This document shows positions 30,853-41,367 of a stretch of DNA of 64,000 nucleotides, one piece after another. Position 1 is the stretch's first letter; every line of letters starts with the position of its first letter. The DNA comes from a bacterium. Lineage in GTDB: Bacteria > Patescibacteriota > Minisyncoccia > UBA6257 > MFKM01. The notes beneath the pieces were generated by a model. The model saw only the letters and a list, made by a program, of their open reading frames with translations, had not been told where the DNA came from and did not search any database. The translations under genes were made by a program, and so were the position numbers. The DNA lies in contig JAUYAV010000011.1 of the NCBI GenBank assembly GCA_030693325.1, positions 1,368 to 65,367 on the forward strand, read 5' to 3'.

Positions 30853-31464
30853 ATGGAAAATAATCAGCCAAAATTTTATAAAAAAACAATGGATATTATC
30901 GGCGCTTCTTTAGGGCTGATAATTCTTGCGCCTTTTTATCCCTTTATTGCTTTGGCGATTAAATTGGAAAGCAAGGGGCCGATTATCGTCAAATTAGACA
31001 GAGTAAGTCAGGGAAAAGTAATTAAGGTTTATAAATTCCGTTCCATGATTAAAGACGCCCAAAAAATTAAACCGGATTTGGCGGGTCTCAACGAACGAAA
31101 AGACGGCTCATTTTTCAAAATAAAAAAAGACCCCAGAATAACAAAAGTAGGGAAGCTGTTCCGTAAATTTCGGATTGACGAATTTCCTCAATTAATCAAT
31201 GTTTTGAAGGGCGAGCTTTCTCTAGTGGGCCCGCGTCCCCATGAACCCGGAGAAGTTTCGGCTTACCCGACGGAATTCCAGCACCTTTTTTTGGCCAAAG
31301 CCGGCGTCACCGGCCTTTCCCAGGTTAATGGCGCTTCCAGTTTGCCTTTTTTAAAAGAATTAACATTGGACAATTATTATCTTAAAAACCAATCTCTCTG
31401 GTTAGATTTTAAAATCATCATCAAAACCATATTAATCTTATTTTTTGACCCAACAGCGGTATGA
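30853..31464 (+). CDS. Polyprenyl glycosylphosphotransferase (sugar transferase)
   Basis: YKFRSM, DPRITKVG, DEFPQLINVLKGELSLVGPRP. Confidence 0.92.
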   Translation: MENNQPKFYKKTMDIIGASLGLIILAPFYPFIALAIKLESKGPIIVKLDRVSQGKVIKVYKFRSMIKDAQKIKPDLAGLNERKDGSFFKIKKDPRITKVGKLFRKFRIDEFPQLINVLKGELSLVGPRPHEPGEVSAYPTEFQHLFLAKAGVTGLSQVNGASSLPFLKELTLDNYYLKNQSLWLDFKIIIKTILILFFDPTAV

Positions 31465-32585
31465 AGATAGCTTTAGCGCATGATTATTTAAACCAGTGCG
31501 GTGGAGCGGAAAACGTTCTGAAAGTTTTAGCCGAAATTTTTCCCGAAGCGCCCATTTATACTCTTTTCTACGACGAAAATAAAACCCGGAGTTATTTTAA
31601 AAACCGCGTCAAAAAAACCAGTTTCCTTGATTTTGGAATCGTCAGGAATCATCATCGGGCTTTTATCCCTTTACTGCCGTTGGCCAGCAGCAATTTAAAG
31701 ATTGAACCTGAATATGATTTGGTTATATCTTCCAGCGCCGGCTATGCCAAAGGTTTTAATTCCAAAAACGCCTTCCATATTTGTTATTGCCATACTCCGC
31801 TCCGCTATGCCTGGGAGGAAAATTATCTTCAAGGATTGGATTTATTCCATATACCCTTATTAAAAACTTTGGCTAAACCAGTACGCGCCGCTTTAAGAAG
31901 CTGGGATAAAAAAGCCAGCCGCCGAGTGGATGTATTTATCGCCAATTCTTATTTTATCGCCCAAAAAATCAAGAATTTCTATAATCGGGAAGCCGAAGTA
32001 ATCTATCCGCCGATTGATTTGAAAAAATTCTATCCCGAACCCTCTCAAAAAACCGGTGATTATTTTTTGATGGTAGGCCGACTGCTTCATTACAAACGTT
32101 TTGACCTCGGCATTGAGGCCTTTAATCAACTAGGGCTTCCTTTAAAAATAGTCGGTGAAGGTCCGGAACTTCAAAAATTAAAATCAATGGTTAAATCTCC
32201 TTTGATAGAATTTTGCTCTTATATTGAGAACCTGGACGAGCTCCGGAAAATTTATAGCGGAGCTAAAGCTTTAATATTCCCCCAGATTGAGGACTTTGGG
32301 ATGGTGGCGGCCGAAGCCCAAGCCTGCGGCTTGCCGGTAATAGGCTATAACACCGGAGGAGTTAAAGAGATTATTAAAGAAGGGAGAACCGGCTTATTAT
32401 TTAACGAGCAAACGCCGGAAGCCTTGATAAAGGCAGTTTATTTATTTGAAAAAACTGATTTTTCCAAATCGGAAATCATTGAAAATGCCCAACGATTTTC
32501 CAAAGAAAATTTTAAATCAAAATTTCAAGAAATAATCAATAAAATAAAAAATGAAGAAAACAAAATAAATCATTTACTATTGTAA
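31461..32585 (+). CDS. GT4 glycosyltransferase
   Basis: HDYLNQCGGAE, YCHTPLRY, EDFGMVAAEAQACG. Confidence 0.92.
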   Translation: MKIALAHDYLNQCGGAENVLKVLAEIFPEAPIYTLFYDENKTRSYFKNRVKKTSFLDFGIVRNHHRAFIPLLPLASSNLKIEPEYDLVISSSAGYAKGFNSKNAFHICYCHTPLRYAWEENYLQGLDLFHIPLLKTLAKPVRAALRSWDKKASRRVDVFIANSYFIAQKIKNFYNREAEVIYPPIDLKKFYPEPSQKTGDYFLMVGRLLHYKRFDLGIEAFNQLGLPLKIVGEGPELQKLKSMVKSPLIEFCSYIENLDELRKIYSGAKALIFPQIEDFGMVAAEAQACGLPVIGYNTGGVKEIIKEGRTGLLFNEQTPEALIKAVYLFEKTDFSKSEIIENAQRFSKENFKSKFQEIINKIKNEENKINHLLL

Positions 32586-32615
32586 TTCCGCGATCGTGGA
32601 ATTACAATAGTAAAT
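32572..32615. repeat. 44-bp palindrome (second copy 59189-59234)
   Basis: atttactattgtaattcc(g/a)cgatcgtggaattacaatagtaaat; one difference between the copies. Confidence 0.9.
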
Positions 32616-32642
32616 TTATAATGACTAAAGAAAACAAAAAAT

Positions 32643-33788
32643 ATGAGAATTTTAATTGATCTTCGTGTTTTAACCCGGCCGCAATTTTCCGGCATCACCG
32701 AATATACCAAATCTTTAGTCAACCATCTGTTGTCGGCCGATAAAAAAAACGAATATATTCTTTTCTATAACGGTTTTCAAAAAGCCCCTCTTCCGGAAAA
32801 ATGGGTTAATAATCCCCAAATTAAAGTCATTAATTCGTCAATTCCGAACCGCCTTTGGAGTTTCAGCAATAAAATTTTCAATTTGCCGAAAATTGACAAA
32901 AAAATAAAAGCTGATGTCTTTTTCAGCCCTCATTTCAACATTTTGTCTTTGGCGAACCCGCGAAAAAGAATATTCACTTTTCACGACCTTTCTTTTATTC
33001 ACTATCCTAATTTTTTTTCCAACCGCGATAATTTTTGGCATTGGCTCCAGAATTACAAACGCCAAGCCCAAACCGCCGGCCATTTAATCGCCGTTTCCGA
33101 ATTTACCCGCCAAGACCTTATTGATAATCTTTTTATTTCGCCGGAACGGATAACTAAAATTTATTCGGGCATTAATCCAATTTATAAAAAACTTTCCCCT
33201 GAAGACAAAGGTTTAAAAGAATTTGAACAAAGCCATAATTTAGAAAAACCTTTTTTGTTTTATCTGGGAATGATTGAACCGAGAAAAAATATTCCGGCGA
33301 TTATCAGGGCTTTCAACATTTTAAAAACCGATAAAAATTTCAAAGATTTAAAACTTGTTATTGCCGGCTCCAATGGCTGGCTTTACGATAAAATTTTTAA
33401 GGAAGCCAAAAAATCAAAATTTCAGGATGAAATTGTATTCTGGGGACCGGCTACACCCGCAGAAGCTCTTTGTCTTTATAATTTGGCTGAGGTTTTTGTT
33501 TATCCGTCTTTTTTTGAGGGCTTTGGTTTCCCTCCATTGGAGGCCCAGGCCTGCGGTTTGCCGGTAATAACCAGCAATCGCTCTTCCTTGCCCGAAGTAA
33601 TGGGGGATTCCGCTTTAATGGTTGACCCCTGGCGTATTGATGATTTGGCAACCGCCATAGAAAAAATTTTAGCCAACGAACATTTCAGAAAAAATCTCCG
33701 AGAAGCTGGATTTCTTAACATCAAAAAATTCAATTGGGATAAAACCGCGCGGGAAACCATAGAGGTATTTTCTAAATTAGGTTATTAG
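32643..33788 (+). CDS. GT4 glycosyltransferase
   Basis: FHDL, EPRKN, PSFFEGFGFPPLEAQACG. Confidence 0.92.
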   Translation: MRILIDLRVLTRPQFSGITEYTKSLVNHLLSADKKNEYILFYNGFQKAPLPEKWVNNPQIKVINSSIPNRLWSFSNKIFNLPKIDKKIKADVFFSPHFNILSLANPRKRIFTFHDLSFIHYPNFFSNRDNFWHWLQNYKRQAQTAGHLIAVSEFTRQDLIDNLFISPERITKIYSGINPIYKKLSPEDKGLKEFEQSHNLEKPFLFYLGMIEPRKNIPAIIRAFNILKTDKNFKDLKLVIAGSNGWLYDKIFKEAKKSKFQDEIVFWGPATPAEALCLYNLAEVFVYPSFFEGFGFPPLEAQACGLPVITSNRSSLPEVMGDSALMVDPWRIDDLATAIEKILANEHFRKNLREAGFLNIKKFNWDKTARETIEVFSKLGY

Positions 33789-33822
33789 TGTTTTTGGGCA
33801 TTAGCTTTTATAATGAGAATCA

Positions 33823-35934
33823 ATGGCGAGAGTTCCCAAAAAAAATATCTCTCCGGTTCTTGCCGATATTAAGCATCCGGGCAAAAAAATCGCCTGCAAG
33901 CCGGTGAATTTTTGCCGACAAATCTTTCCTTTAAAGAAAATCGCCGGGGAAAGACCCCGCAAAATTTTGTTGCGCCGGCGGAATAAAATTCCTTTTCAAA
34001 AAATAATTTTGACTTTTTTGGGCATTATTGTTTTGACCCTGCTTATCGGCGGCTCCTTATTTTTCGCCAAATTCAACGCTTCTAAGCCGGTTATTTCGGC
34101 GAAAATTCATTCAATTATTGACAACTTCCAGGAAGCCGTTAGTTCATTAAATAATTTTGACCCGCAAAAAGCGATAGCTCTTTTTGACGAAAATAATTCC
34201 GAGCTAATTGCCGTCAAAAATTTATTTCAAAATTTTCTTTTAACAAAAATTTTAAATCTTGGCGGATTTTTTGAAAAATCCCTGAGTTTGAACCAATCGG
34301 CGCTGGCTATTTCCCGGAATCTGGAGACTCTTAAAACAAATGGGTTAAATCTTTTCTTAAACGGCGACGGCAAAGAATTGGTCGGAATAATCAAAAACCT
34401 TCAAAAAGAAATTGATAACATCCAACAGGACACCAATTTAATCCGCAATCAAATAGCTTCTGTCGGCGATAAAATGAATTTTTTACAAGGGAATTTATTT
34501 GATTTTAGTCAAATTAATAAAATAGCTACTGATGAATATATCAATTATGGCGCCAAACTTTATCAAACAGAAGATGTTTTAGCCGGCTTACTCAATATCC
34601 TGCAGTCAGTAAACGATGTTCATTGGCTGATTTTTTTCCAAAACCCGGCCGAAATCAGACCGGCGGGAGGATTTTTGGGAAGCTATGCCGATCTGACAAT
34701 CAGTTCCGGCTGGCTGGCCAATATTGATGTTCGGGATATTTATGACCCTGACGGTCAATTGGAATTAAAAGTGGTTCCGCCAATGCCGCTTCAAGCCATC
34801 ACCACTTCCTGGGGGGCCCGCGACGCCAACTGGTTTTTTGATTTTCCTTTGTCCGCCCAAAAAGTAATAAGTTTTTTGGAGGCCTCAAAAATTTATCAGG
34901 AAAAAAACATTAAATTTTCGGGAGTTATCGCTTTAAATATCAGAATTCTGGAAAGTATTCTGGGAATTACCGGGCCGATGAAACTTGCCGATTATCCGGA
35001 AATAAATAAAGACAATTTTATGGCAGAAATCCAAAGAGAAGTTGAAGCCGGGCCGGATAAGGCTAAGGGACAACCGAAACGTATTCTCCAGGTTTTGGCG
35101 CCGGCGCTGCTTGAAAAAATAAATAATTTTGACGAAATTCAAAAAAAAGAATTGACGGAAAAACTCAAATTTCATTTAGCCAATAAAGATATTATGCTTT
35201 TTGCCGAAGACCGGCGGCTCCAAAATTTCTTTTCTCAAAATAATTTCGCCGGTGAAGTTTATAAACTGCCGGACAATTTTTACGGCAGTTATCTGGCGGT
35301 CGTCAACGCCAATATCGCCGGGGGAAAAAGTGATTTTTTCATAAAACAAGAAACTGATCTTCAAATAAGTTTGGACAGCGACGGCAAAGCCGTCAGTCAG
35401 CTAAAAATAAAAAGAACCCATTACGGCAATACCGAAAAAGCGTCTTGGTGGCGGGCTACTAACAAAAATTTCCTTAAAATCTTTGCCTCGCCCGGATCGC
35501 GTCTTATAGAAATCAAAGGGAACAGTCAAAAAGTCGTCAATCCGCCGATAGACTACAAAAAACAAAATTATCAAAACGATTTTGTGGTCCAAGCAATTGA
35601 AAAAAACCAGCAATTTTCGGAAGATTCTAATGTCTGGTCGGGCGAAGAAGCCGGAAAAACGACCTGGTCAAGCTGGTTTAACGTGCCAGCTGGCGCAACT
35701 AAAACCCTGGAATTAGAATATGAAACATTAGCTAATGTTTATTCATCCGTCAAACCTGGCAAAACCTACCAATTTATTTTTGACAAACAATCCGGCGTGG
35801 ATGGAAAATTAAAGGTGAGTATTGAAACGCCGCCGGGATATAAATGGCAAGAAAGTAAAAATTATATTTATGAATACCAGAACGATAATCCGCCGTCTCG
35901 TCTGATTATAAATCTCACTTTATTAAGCGTATAA
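33823..35934 (+). CDS. DUF4012-domain membrane protein
   Basis: FQNPAEIRPAGGFLGSY, RDANWFFDFP, NANIAGGKSD, KQSG. Confidence 0.85.
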   Translation: MARVPKKNISPVLADIKHPGKKIACKPVNFCRQIFPLKKIAGERPRKILLRRRNKIPFQKIILTFLGIIVLTLLIGGSLFFAKFNASKPVISAKIHSIIDNFQEAVSSLNNFDPQKAIALFDENNSELIAVKNLFQNFLLTKILNLGGFFEKSLSLNQSALAISRNLETLKTNGLNLFLNGDGKELVGIIKNLQKEIDNIQQDTNLIRNQIASVGDKMNFLQGNLFDFSQINKIATDEYINYGAKLYQTEDVLAGLLNILQSVNDVHWLIFFQNPAEIRPAGGFLGSYADLTISSGWLANIDVRDIYDPDGQLELKVVPPMPLQAITTSWGARDANWFFDFPLSAQKVISFLEASKIYQEKNIKFSGVIALNIRILESILGITGPMKLADYPEINKDNFMAEIQREVEAGPDKAKGQPKRILQVLAPALLEKINNFDEIQKKELTEKLKFHLANKDIMLFAEDRRLQNFFSQNNFAGEVYKLPDNFYGSYLAVVNANIAGGKSDFFIKQETDLQISLDSDGKAVSQLKIKRTHYGNTEKASWWRATNKNFLKIFASPGSRLIEIKGNSQKVVNPPIDYKKQNYQNDFVVQAIEKNQQFSEDSNVWSGEEAGKTTWSSWFNVPAGATKTLELEYETLANVYSSVKPGKTYQFIFDKQSGVDGKLKVSIETPPGYKWQESKNYIYEYQNDNPPSRLIINLTLLSV

Positions 35935-36227
35935 TGATCAAAAACATACTGCGTTTTCTAAAAATATCCGCGTTGATTATTGTAATCGGTTTTTTGGGAT
36001 GGGGTCTTTTTAATCTAAGAAAACAAAGCCGCGGCCTGGAAACCAAAACCAAAAACCTGCAAACTAATGCCACGGCTGTTGAAAAAGAGAATCAAACCTT
36101 TAAAGATAATATTGAATACTACAGCCATCCGGAGAATCTGCTGAAAGAATCAAAATCGTTGTTCAATTATCGCCAACCCGGAGAAAAAATGATGATTATT
36201 ATTCCTTCCCAAAATGAAAATCATTAA
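35934..36227 (+). CDS. Septum-formation-initiator (FtsB/DivIC)-like protein
   Basis: TM helix plus coiled coil plus 'NYRQPGEK'. Confidence 0.65.
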   Translation: MIKNILRFLKISALIIVIGFLGWGLFNLRKQSRGLETKTKNLQTNATAVEKENQTFKDNIEYYSHPENLLKESKSLFNYRQPGEKMMIIIPSQNENH

Positions 36228-36756
36228 AATAATTATCAGTTCAATCGGATTGTTGATTCTGGCATTTTTTGTTCTTCTGAAATTAAATCTCTATCCGGTC
36301 GCTTTTACCTCAAATTGGCTTATTACCGAAAAGCAATTGGATAAAATTACGGCCGCTTCTTTGGTTTATTATCAAAAAACTCTTTCCGTTTATGCCGCCG
36401 GCACGCCAATAATTGGCGAGGAATTAAAAAAGGAAATCAAACGGGCGGCTCTGGATAAAATGATTGAGGATAAAATTATTGAGGATACCCTGACAAAAAA
36501 ATTAGGCGCTGAAAAATTGAAAAAATCAGTCAATGAGAAATTGGCGAATTTATCTCTTAACGGCGAAATTGCCAATGCCAGCCAAATTCTTTATAATTTA
36601 TCATTGAACGACTTCAGGGATCTGGTTTTAACGCCTGAAGCAAAAAGAGAAATCTTGAAAGAGCAGGGGATTGATCTCAGGGAAATTAAAAAATCCTGCC
36701 ACCCGATAATTTTAGCGCCAGGATTTTATTGGCAAGGCGGGGTTCTAGCGCGATAA
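36214..36756 (+). CDS. SurA N-terminal-like chaperone
   Basis: TM helix, YPVA, ALDKMIED. Confidence 0.55.
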   Translation: MKIIKIIISSIGLLILAFFVLLKLNLYPVAFTSNWLITEKQLDKITAASLVYYQKTLSVYAAGTPIIGEELKKEIKRAALDKMIEDKIIEDTLTKKLGAEKLKKSVNEKLANLSLNGEIANASQILYNLSLNDFRDLVLTPEAKREILKEQGIDLREIKKSCHPIILAPGFYWQGGVLAR

Positions 36757-36766
36757 ATATATAAGC

Positions 36767-36837
36767 GCGGGTGTAGTATAGTGGCAATACGCGACCTTCC
36801 CAAGGTTGAATCGTGGGTCCAATTCCCATCACCCGCT
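36767..36837 (+). tRNA. tRNA-Gly(CCC)
   Basis: Cloverleaf; cgacc-ttCCCaa-ggttg. Confidence 0.93.
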
Positions 36838-36845
36838 CAATAAAC

Positions 36846-36918
36846 GCCACCTTAGCTCAGCTGGTAGAGCAGCACTTCCGTAAAGTGAAGGTCCCGAGTT
36901 CGAATCTCGGAGGTGGCT
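36846..36918 (+). tRNA. tRNA-Thr(CGT)
   Basis: Cloverleaf; loop tcCGTaa, T-loop ttcgaat. Confidence 0.88.
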
Positions 36919-36923
36919 CAAAG

Positions 36924-37304
36924 TTAAAGAATAGCTGTGATATGAGGCCAGAAAACAAGAATGCCGATAACAATCGCCGCTAAAGAAACTACAAGGACGA
37001 TGGCCGCCAAAAGATCTTTGATAATTCGGACGCGCTGATCATCCGCCGGCTGAAGAAAATCTAAAAATCGCTCCATCACGGAGTTAATTAATTCCAGAAT
37101 TAAAACCGAAAAAATCATAACCAAAAGCGTGGCCTTTTCGTCCCGGCTGGTTGGAAAATAAAGCATCGCCCCGATAACTATCAAGGCAACCGCGAGCATA
37201 TACTTAAAAGCCGGCTCGTAAACCAAAACTGTCCAAATGCCTTTCCATGCGGTCTTAAAACTCAAAATAATATTTTTTTTTCTGTTATTTAAAAATTTAT
37301 TCAT
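36924..37304 (-). CDS. dgkA: Diacylglycerol/undecaprenol kinase
   Basis: SF..AWKG, ELINSVME, IIKDLLAAIV. Confidence 0.85.
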   Translation of the reverse strand: MNKFLNNRKKNIILSFKTAWKGIWTVLVYEPAFKYMLAVALIVIGAMLYFPTSRDEKATLLVMIFSVLILELINSVMERFLDFLQPADDQRVRIIKDLLAAIVLVVSLAAIVIGILVFWPHITAIL

Positions 37305-37341
37305 TATTTTAAATCTAAAAATGAGAGTATAATAAGCATAT

Positions 37342-38037
37342 ATGATTAACCAAAATTCAACAACCATTTCTATTTATGCCGGTGTCGGAGGAGAAGACGC
37401 CAAGGACTGGGTGGAAATGCTTTTGAGAATGTATCAGAAATTCGCCCAGCGGAATAATTGGAAATTCCACCTGATTAGCAACAACGCCCTGGAAATAATA
37501 GGGGAGAATGTTTACGGCCTGCTTAAAAATGAATCCGGAGTTCACCGCTTAATCAGAATTTCTCCTTTTGACGCCAAAAAACTTCGCCATACTTCTTTCG
37601 CTTTGATTGAAGTTCTGCCGGAACTGCCGGAGCTGGAAGCAAAAAATTTGAATATTCCAGAAGAAGATTTAAAAATAGAACTCTGTCGTTCCAGCGGCCC
37701 GGGCGGCCAGAACGTCAATAAACGGGAAACGGCGGTAAAATTGATTCATTTGCCGACCGGTTTGTCCGCCGCTTCACAAATTGAACGCTCTCAGGGCCAA
37801 AATCGGGAAAAAGCCATGAAATTGCTTAAATCCAAAATTTTCAAATTAATGACCGAACGACAGGAAAAAGAGTTGAGTAATCTGCGAATCAAAGTGACTC
37901 CCGATTGGGGCCATCAAATCCGTTCCTATGTCCTTCACCCTTATCAGATGGTTAAAGACCACCGGACAGGCGTCAAAGTCAGTAATGCCAATGAAGTTTT
38001 AGAAGGAAATCTTGATAAATTCATCCAAAAAGGATAA
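37342..38037 (+). CDS. prfB: Peptide chain release factor 2, lacking the N-terminal domain
   Basis: SPF anticodon motif, GGQ motif, WGHQIRSYVLHPY. Confidence 0.88.
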   Translation: MINQNSTTISIYAGVGGEDAKDWVEMLLRMYQKFAQRNNWKFHLISNNALEIIGENVYGLLKNESGVHRLIRISPFDAKKLRHTSFALIEVLPELPELEAKNLNIPEEDLKIELCRSSGPGGQNVNKRETAVKLIHLPTGLSAASQIERSQGQNREKAMKLLKSKIFKLMTERQEKELSNLRIKVTPDWGHQIRSYVLHPYQMVKDHRTGVKVSNANEVLEGNLDKFIQKG

Positions 38038-38047
38038 TATTATTGTT

Positions 38048-38734
38048 ATGATAACTTTCCAAAACGTAACTAAAACCTATAGCAAAAATTCAACGGCTCT
38101 GGAAAATATCAGCTTCAAAATAAATCCCAAAGAATTCGTCTCTATTGTCGGCCGCTCCGGAGCCGGCAAATCAACCATCGTCAAACTTGTTGTCGGTGAA
38201 GAAAAACCAAGCGGGGGAAGAATCTTTTTTGATTCCCAGGAAGTCAATAAATTAAAATATTCCCAGCTTCCGCAATATCGCCGGCAAATCGGAACCATTT
38301 TCCAGGATTTCCGGCTTTTGACCGGAAAAACGGTTTTTGAAAACATCGCTTTTGCCCTGGAAGTGGAAGGCAGGCCTCAAAAAGAAATAAATAAGTTTGT
38401 TCCCGAGATTCTTGAACTGGTGGGATTAAAAGAAAAATTACAGAGTTTTCCATATGAATTGTCAGGCGGCGAAAAACAGCGGGTGGCTATCGCCCGGGCT
38501 ATGATCAACCAGCCCGAGGTGCTTGTCGCCGATGAACCGACGGGAAACCTTGATCCGTTTAATACCTGGGAAATAATCAAACTTCTGATGAAAATCAACG
38601 AAATGGGCAGTATCGTTATTCTGGCTACTCATAACAAAGAAATTATAAACACCTTGGGTCACCGGGTTATCACTTTGGACAAAGGGAAAATTATCAGGGA
38701 CGAAGAACACGGTCGCTTCATCCTTACTAACTAA
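38048..38734 (+). CDS. ftsE: Cell division ATP-binding protein FtsE
   Basis: GRSGAGKST, IFQDFRLL, LSGGEKQR, ADEPTGNLD. Confidence 0.93.
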   Translation: MITFQNVTKTYSKNSTALENISFKINPKEFVSIVGRSGAGKSTIVKLVVGEEKPSGGRIFFDSQEVNKLKYSQLPQYRRQIGTIFQDFRLLTGKTVFENIAFALEVEGRPQKEINKFVPEILELVGLKEKLQSFPYELSGGEKQRVAIARAMINQPEVLVADEPTGNLDPFNTWEIIKLLMKINEMGSIVILATHNKEIINTLGHRVITLDKGKIIRDEEHGRFILTN

Positions 38735-38746
38735 AAAATAAAATAA

Positions 38747-39655
38747 ATGTTTCTTACTCTTTCGCGGATAATTAAATACGGATTTAAAAATTTTTTAAGA
38801 AACGGATGGCTAAGCACGGCCACTATTGCGGTTATGTTTTTGGCTCTTTTTGTTTTACAAGGTTTGATAATTTTTAATGTCGTCGCCAAAACCGCCATCA
38901 CTTCCGTCCAGAATAAAATTGATATCAGCGTTTATTTCAAAAGCAATGTCGCCGAAGACGAAATTTTAAATCTCAAAAAATCCCTGGAAGGATTAAGCGA
39001 AGTCAAAAAAGTGGAATATATTTCCCAAGACCAGGCCTTAGCCGAATTTAAGGCCCGCCATCAAGAAAATTCAGCCGTCTCTCAGGCCATAGAGGTGATC
39101 GGGACAAATCCGCTTCTTTCTTCTCTTAATATAAAAGCCAATAATCCCAAAGAGTACGCCGCCATCGCCGACTATCTCAATAACCAATCCCTTTCGCCAA
39201 TAATTGAAAAAGTAAGTTACGCCCAGAACCAGGTAGTAATCAACCGGTTAATCAGTATTGTTGATACCGCAAAAAGCGGAGGCATAATCCTCTCAATTAT
39301 CGCCGCCATAATTGCCGTTTTAGTGGCTTTTAATACCATCCGGCTGGCGATCTACACCAACCGGGACGCCATTGGTATTATGAGAGTGGTAGGCGCTTCT
39401 AATAATTTTATTCGCGGCCCCTACATTGTTGAAGGAGTTCTTTATGGAATTTTAGCCGCCGTTTTAAGCTTTGCCGTGATAGTGCCTTTGATCACTTATG
39501 CCTCTCCTTATGTGAATAATTTCATTCCGGATATGAATCTTCAAACTTACTTTGCTTCAAATTTTTTACGTCTTTTGGGCTATCAGCTTCTTTTCGGAAT
39601 CATTCTAGGCACTGTTTCCAGCTTCATCGCCGTCCGCCGCCATTTGCAAATTTAA
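38747..39655 (+). CDS. ftsX: Cell division permease FtsX
   Basis: FLRNGWLS, NTIRLAIY, IMRVVGAS...IRGPY; follows ftsE. Confidence 0.93.
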   Translation: MFLTLSRIIKYGFKNFLRNGWLSTATIAVMFLALFVLQGLIIFNVVAKTAITSVQNKIDISVYFKSNVAEDEILNLKKSLEGLSEVKKVEYISQDQALAEFKARHQENSAVSQAIEVIGTNPLLSSLNIKANNPKEYAAIADYLNNQSLSPIIEKVSYAQNQVVINRLISIVDTAKSGGIILSIIAAIIAVLVAFNTIRLAIYTNRDAIGIMRVVGASNNFIRGPYIVEGVLYGILAAVLSFAVIVPLITYASPYVNNFIPDMNLQTYFASNFLRLLGYQLLFGIILGTVSSFIAVRRHLQI

Positions 39656-39668
39656 TTTTTTCTTTTCC

Positions 39669-40637
39669 CTATTTTAGATATTTTTCAATATTTTTCAGAT
39701 GCTCCTCATAAGTTTTGGCAAGATGAATTTGCCCCGCGCTGTCGTGCAAATAATAAAGATAATCCGTTTTTTCCGGATTAATCACGGCATTAATTGCCGC
39801 TAACCCGGGATTGGAAATCGGCGCCGGCGGCCGGCCTTGATGAATATAAGTATTGTAAGGCGAATTAATTTTATAATCTTCCAATTTTACTTTTTTCCAC
39901 CAATTACCCGGCTCTCCCAGCGCGTATTGGACGGTGGCATCTATCTGGAAGGGGATGCTCTTCGTCCATCGGTTCCAAATAACGCTGGCGATTAACGGCA
40001 TTTCTTTTTCATTGGCTGCTTCCCGTTGAATCAGGGAAGCGAGGACGATTAGAGTGTCATTTCTGATATTTTTTACTTTAGCTTCTTTAATTGAATCGGC
40101 GGTTTTCTCGTTGAAATTATTTTCCATCTTTTTTATCGCGTCATCGCTTTTGTAAGCGAGGTCAAAAAGATAAGTGTCCGGAAATAAATATCCTTCTTTA
40201 CTGTTTTTAATGAATTTTTCTTTTTCGCTGTCAGGCCAGCCGATTTTATTTTGGATTATGTACGCAATTTCTTCTTTTCTTAATCCTTCCGGTATTACCG
40301 CCCATTTTTGATAAGGATGATTTACCAATATATCGGCCAACTGCCAAACACTCATGCTTTTTGATACAGTGTATCCCCCCGATTTTATTTTGCCCCGCCA
40401 ATTTTTTATTTTTAACGCGAAATTAAAAGCCCACTCGCTTCTGATATAACCCTGCTGTTTCAGTTTAGGAATAAGCTCGGCTTCGGTTGTGGCTAGATTA
40501 ACCACAATCCGTTCTTCTGCCGCTTTTCGCTGCGGCGCCGAAAATTGATTGAGAAAAATAATAACACTAACTGCTAAAACTAAAATTAATCCGGCCAGAA
40601 TCAGATTTTTTTTGTTTATATTATCAATTACTGCCAT
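39669..40637 (-). CDS. mltG: Second MltG-family transglycosylase
   Basis: IPEG, EGYLFPDTY, ASLIQRE, QIDAT, SPYNTY, PISNPG. Confidence 0.9.
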   Translation of the reverse strand: MAVIDNINKKNLILAGLILVLAVSVIIFLNQFSAPQRKAAEERIVVNLATTEAELIPKLKQQGYIRSEWAFNFALKIKNWRGKIKSGGYTVSKSMSVWQLADILVNHPYQKWAVIPEGLRKEEIAYIIQNKIGWPDSEKEKFIKNSKEGYLFPDTYLFDLAYKSDDAIKKMENNFNEKTADSIKEAKVKNIRNDTLIVLASLIQREAANEKEMPLIASVIWNRWTKSIPFQIDATVQYALGEPGNWWKKVKLEDYKINSPYNTYIHQGRPPAPISNPGLAAINAVINPEKTDYLYYLHDSAGQIHLAKTYEEHLKNIEKYLK

Positions 40638-40758
40638 TGGTTATTTTGATTTGACTACTATTAAGCCATATTACTTTTTGTCCGCGATTAAAGTTTAAGG
40701 CGGCATTGGCTTCATCGGTATCAATATAAAACACCGGCGAAAAATCTTTGATTCTCAT

Positions 40759-41367
40759 TTATAAAAGTTTTTTAATTTCTTTTATCATTTCCGGGAAGCT
40801 GGCCTGATTAAAATGACCTCGGTTTTTGAATATTCTCATTTTTGCCTGCGGCAAAGCTTTTTTGTATTTTAAGGCATTGACAAAAAGAACAACAGGGTCG
40901 TCTTGGCTTTGATAAATAAAAATATTTTCCGCTGCCTGCGATAATTTGCTTAATTTTTTGGGCAAAATAAAATCCGCCAAAGATTCACCGGTATCCTCAG
41001 TATCATAAGGAGCCGCCACCAAAAAAACCGCGCGTATCTTTTTAGAAAATTTATTTTCTGATAAATATTTCGCCAAAAAAATTCCTCCGAGCGAATGGCC
41101 TACTAAAATAACTCCGGTTTTTATATAAGGGATAAACTTTTCAAACCAAATTTTCCATTCGGCGTATTTGGCGTTTGCTTTGTTCGGCATATCCAAAGAA
41201 ATAACTTCAAATTTTTTGCCGAGTTTTCCGCCAAGCGTCTTTTTCCAGTCGCTTTTTGCATTTTTATACCTTTCAAAATCAATTTTCTTTTTCTTTAAGA
41301 AAGAAAGATATTCTCTGTAAGTTTTATAAGTATTGCCTCCGTGAATTAAAACAATTTGTTGTTTCAT
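40759..41367 (-). CDS. Alpha/beta hydrolase (RBBP9/YdeN-like)
   Basis: IHGG, GHSLG, DDPVV, GHF. Confidence 0.88.
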   Translation of the reverse strand: MKQQIVLIHGGNTYKTYREYLSFLKKKKIDFERYKNAKSDWKKTLGGKLGKKFEVISLDMPNKANAKYAEWKIWFEKFIPYIKTGVILVGHSLGGIFLAKYLSENKFSKKIRAVFLVAAPYDTEDTGESLADFILPKKLSKLSQAAENIFIYQSQDDPVVLFVNALKYKKALPQAKMRIFKNRGHFNQASFPEMIKEIKKLL

